Shown: positions 61,803 through 64,000 of the stretch, in pieces
How the letters are laid out: each line of letters begins with the position of its first letter
Numbering within the stretch: position 1 is the first letter of the stretch
From: an uncultured Acidobacteriota bacterium
Lineage (GTDB): Bacteria; Acidobacteriota; JAQAZP01
DNA: 64,000 bases
Assembly: GCA_963836075.1 (NCBI GenBank)
Contig: CAWIIB010000009.1
Location: forward strand, 224,001-288,000
Direction: 5' to 3'
Notes under the pieces: model-generated
Databases searched by the model: none
Seen by the model: the letters and a program-made list of their open reading frames with translations, nothing else
Told to the model about the DNA's origin: nothing
Translations under genes and position numbers: made by a program

Positions 61803-62503
61803 TCAACCTCCGTTATGGGCGCCAGCGTTCCATCGCTCATAATGAACCGCCTGGCGCTTTTCAGCCCGCTGCTCCGCCAGAGGTCGGCCGCGGACGTGAA
61901 CCAGATCGCGGCACTGCCCCGGTCCAGTGCGGATCGAACCCAATCCAGCAGCAGGGTGTGCAGTTCCGTGGGGACACCCCGGACCGGCTGCTGCAGGAGA
62001 ATCAGTTTCGGATCATCGAGCAGCGCGCGAACCCACTGGGCCAGTTGAAGCTCACGCCGGTGAGCCTGGTCCGGCCGCAGAGAGAGACTGTCGAGGATTC
62101 CCGCAGCCGAAGCCAGACGGTGCACCCGTTCCTGGAGCTCCGCCCCGGAGAGGGTCCCGTGGTGCCGTGGCGACAAGGCAATGTTCTCGTAGACACTCAA
62201 GTTGCTCACCCACGCCTGTTCATCGAATACCCGGCCGATACGCCCGCGCACCCTGGACTGCTCCCGTCCGGACATGTCCTCCCAGCACCTTCCCTCGAAA
62301 CGAACCGTCCCGCTGTCCGGACGAATCAGTCCTGCGGCCAGTTCGCACAGCGGGAGGCGGGCACCTCTTCCTTCCGGCCGGATCAGCAGCTGCTCCCCGG
62401 GGCCGACCGCGAAGGACAGGCGGGTGACGGCCGAGAAACGGTGGGACCGCTCCGACCAGCTCACCTCATCGAATTCGACAATCTGCTCCATCGCCTCATC
62501 CAT
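61799..62503 (-). CDS. MlaF-like ABC ATPase-fold protein with degenerate motifs
   Basis: GLIRPDSGTVRFEG, RGRIGRVF, NLSVYENIAL and RALLDDPKLILL fit the ABC fold, but Walker A, Walker B and the signature are altered. Confidence 0.8.
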   Translation of the reverse strand: MDEAMEQIVEFDEVSWSERSHRFSAVTRLSFAVGPGEQLLIRPEGRGARLPLCELAAGLIRPDSGTVRFEGRCWEDMSGREQSRVRGRIGRVFDEQAWVSNLSVYENIALSPRHHGTLSGAELQERVHRLASAAGILDSLSLRPDQAHRRELQLAQWVRALLDDPKLILLQQPVRGVPTELHTLLLDWVRSALDRGSAAIWFTSAADLWRSSGLKSARRFIMSDGTLAPITEVE

Positions 62504-63284
62504 AGGTCAACAGTGAAACCAGGGCCGAGACCACCACCACGGCCCCGATGGACCGGACCACACCCCGGGTGGCCGCCTTGGGGACCTCGGTGGCGGCATC
62601 GCCAACACCCAGGCCCTCGATGGTGCAGATGGCCCCGGTCAAAAGGCCGGGCACCAGTGTCTTGACCAGGAAGTGGATCATGTCTGTCGGGGCAAGTGCA
62701 CCGAGAACCCGGCTGAGGAACAGGGCCGGGCCACCCTGGGCCGCGGCCAGGAGCAGGCCGGCCAGGTACCCGCTGCCGAGAGAAACGACGGTGAAGATCA
62801 CCGCCAGGCCGAACACCGATACGGCGATGCCGAGCACGCGGGGCATGACGAGATAGACCATCGGGTCGATCCCCTGGGCATCGAGCACTTCGATTTCGCG
62901 CCGCACCCGCATCGACGCCATTTCGGCGGCCACCGCCGACCCGCTGCGCCCGATGACCACCAGGTTGACCAGCAGGGGGCCGATCTCCCGAATGATCACG
63001 ACGACCAGCAGGGGGCTGAACATGTCGGTCTGACCAAACCTGCTGAGCCAGAGCTGGGCCTGGGCCACCACCGATACGCCGGCGGCCACGGCGATGAGCA
63101 GGATCAGGCCCAGCGCTTCGACCCCGGTGAAAAGGATCTGCCGTGAAAACTGCTGGCGCACCGTTCGCGGCCAGCTGCCGGGGCTCAGCGCCAGTATGAG
63201 CGCCCCGCAGATGATGCTGCTCACACGACTCCCGGCGCCCCAGATGCGGAGCGTACGATCGCCGATTCTCTTCAGCACGTTCAT
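62496..63284 (-). CDS. mlaE: MlaE-family ABC permease
   Basis: QILFTGVEAL, IIREIGPLL...GRSGSAVAAEMASMRVRREIEVL...GIDP..YLVMPR and EVPKAATRGVV motifs. Confidence 0.9.
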   Translation of the reverse strand: MNVLKRIGDRTLRIWGAGSRVSSIICGALILALSPGSWPRTVRQQFSRQILFTGVEALGLILLIAVAAGVSVVAQAQLWLSRFGQTDMFSPLLVVVIIREIGPLLVNLVVIGRSGSAVAAEMASMRVRREIEVLDAQGIDPMVYLVMPRVLGIAVSVFGLAVIFTVVSLGSGYLAGLLLAAAQGGPALFLSRVLGALAPTDMIHFLVKTLVPGLLTGAICTIEGLGVGDAATEVPKAATRGVVRSIGAVVVVSALVSLLTYG

Positions 63285-63377
63285 CAGGGCCTGTCCTCGT
63301 CGGCACACTGTTTCGGGCCGGCACCCGCGGTAAAGACCATCATGTAACCATTCGCTTAGCCAGTGGCCGCACTCACA

Positions 63378-63668
63378 TCACGGGTCAAGCGCTTCGACCA
63401 GGGCCTGTGGATTCTTCTCCGCGATCCTGAGCAGCGCCCGGGCCGGCCCTTCCGGGCTGCGCCGGCCCTGTTCCCGGTTGCCAGGGGTGGCAACACTGAC
63501 AACAATAATGAACGCGAACTCCGGCTGGGACAGCTCCAGCTATTCCAGAATGGCCTTGATGCCAGCAGGACGATAGTTGTACTCGCGTCCTGCCCTGATC
63601 TCGTTTCGCCAGACCTGCCCGGCCTGCCGGACACTGGTCACCAGCTTCTCAACGTCCTGTTTCTTCAT
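63378..63668 (-). pseudogene. HigA/NadS-like antitoxin pseudogene (not in the ORF track)
   Basis: MKKQDVEKLVTSVRQAG...IKAILE*LELSQPEFA...EQGRRSPEGPARALLRIAEKNP; in-frame TAG at 63540-63542. Confidence 0.8.
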
Positions 63669-63798
63669 CGGAATTCCTCACGTTCCACTCGACTGAGATT
63701 TTTCAACAAACTCACGCCAATGGCGCACCCTGGTCAAGAAGAATGGTGTGCCGAAAGAATGAAATCGAAATATAATGTGCCATTCGGTCACCGTACTC

Positions 63799-63827
63799 TT
63801 GCAATCCACTCTGATCTTTGATATGAT
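63799..63827 (+). promoter_or_regulatory. Sigma70 promoter for the riboswitch leader
   Basis: TTGCAA-17 nt-TATGAT just upstream of the aptamer. Confidence 0.7.
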
Positions 63828-63834
63828 TATTGGG

Positions 63835-63890
63835 TTGCGCCGATTTGATTTCAGCTTGCGGGCGCCATATAAATCCAGCTAAAGAGATGG
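63835..63890 (+). ncRNA. SAM-II-type riboswitch aptamer
   Basis: GCGCC-GATTT...TTGC-G-GGCGC...AAATC-CA-GCTAAAGAG matches the SAM-II pseudoknot pattern (P1 GCGCC/GGCGC, UUGC, GCUAAA). Confidence 0.8.
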
Positions 63891-63903
63891 GATCAGAATG
63901 TTT

Positions 63904-63939
63904 ACCCGCTTTAGCGCACCAAGCTGAGGCGGGTTTTTT
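63904..63939 (+). terminator. Intrinsic terminator, likely the riboswitch expression platform
   Basis: acccgctttagc-loop-gctgaggcgggt followed by a T-run. Confidence 0.8.
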
Positions 63940-64000
63940 ATTGCCCGGATTCAGCCTTCAAGGGGAGGACCAGCGGTCTCAACAGCAGAATAAGCGCCGA

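Noticed and set aside
63363-63821. 152-aa plus-strand ORF
   Set aside because: It is the antisense shadow of the antitoxin pseudogene.

Overview
GC-rich bacterial window; the taxon cannot be fixed from sequence alone. The left 47 kb is dominated by ten large signal-peptide-bearing proteins: an LVIVD propeller, two beta-helix proteins, three tandem FG-GAP paralogs, a lysyl-endopeptidase-like S1 protease, an M28 peptidase, a BNR-repeat protein and an HExxH metalloprotease. Each ends in one of two shared C-terminal modules. 'CTD-A' is a ~120-aa Cys-bracketed domain (WRAGxTN...DVTPAP(Y/F)NQPP; 4 copies). 'CTD-B' is a ~330-aa six-bladed FG-GAP-like propeller (AYGTxKxGVNV...GPHVRG; 6 copies). This looks like an undescribed lineage-specific sorting, anchoring or assembly system for secreted enzymes and is the top finding. 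Interspersed are thiL, sthA, mscL, a hybrid PAS kinase, a Na/Pi cotransporter, two tandem GT-C-like glycosyltransferases, a DUF4160-type TA pair and a 6-repeat beta-flower-like protein. The right end holds a sigma54-linked Cys-rich bacteriocin-like precursor with a membrane partner, and an accessory island (retropepsin-like protease, MerR-like regulator, ECF sigma/anti-sigma, degenerate wHTH-nucleotidyltransferase, ARPP-1/DUF6569, GIY-YIG, TPR and ADP-ribosylglycohydrolase remnants, DUF1016). It also holds an MlaEFD-like operon with a motif-degenerate ATPase and a SAM-II-like riboswitch. Many genes carry single-base frameshifts, most simply explained by sequencing or assembly errors. No rRNA, tRNA or CRISPR array was seen. 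Family assignments are by motif recognition, not database search.
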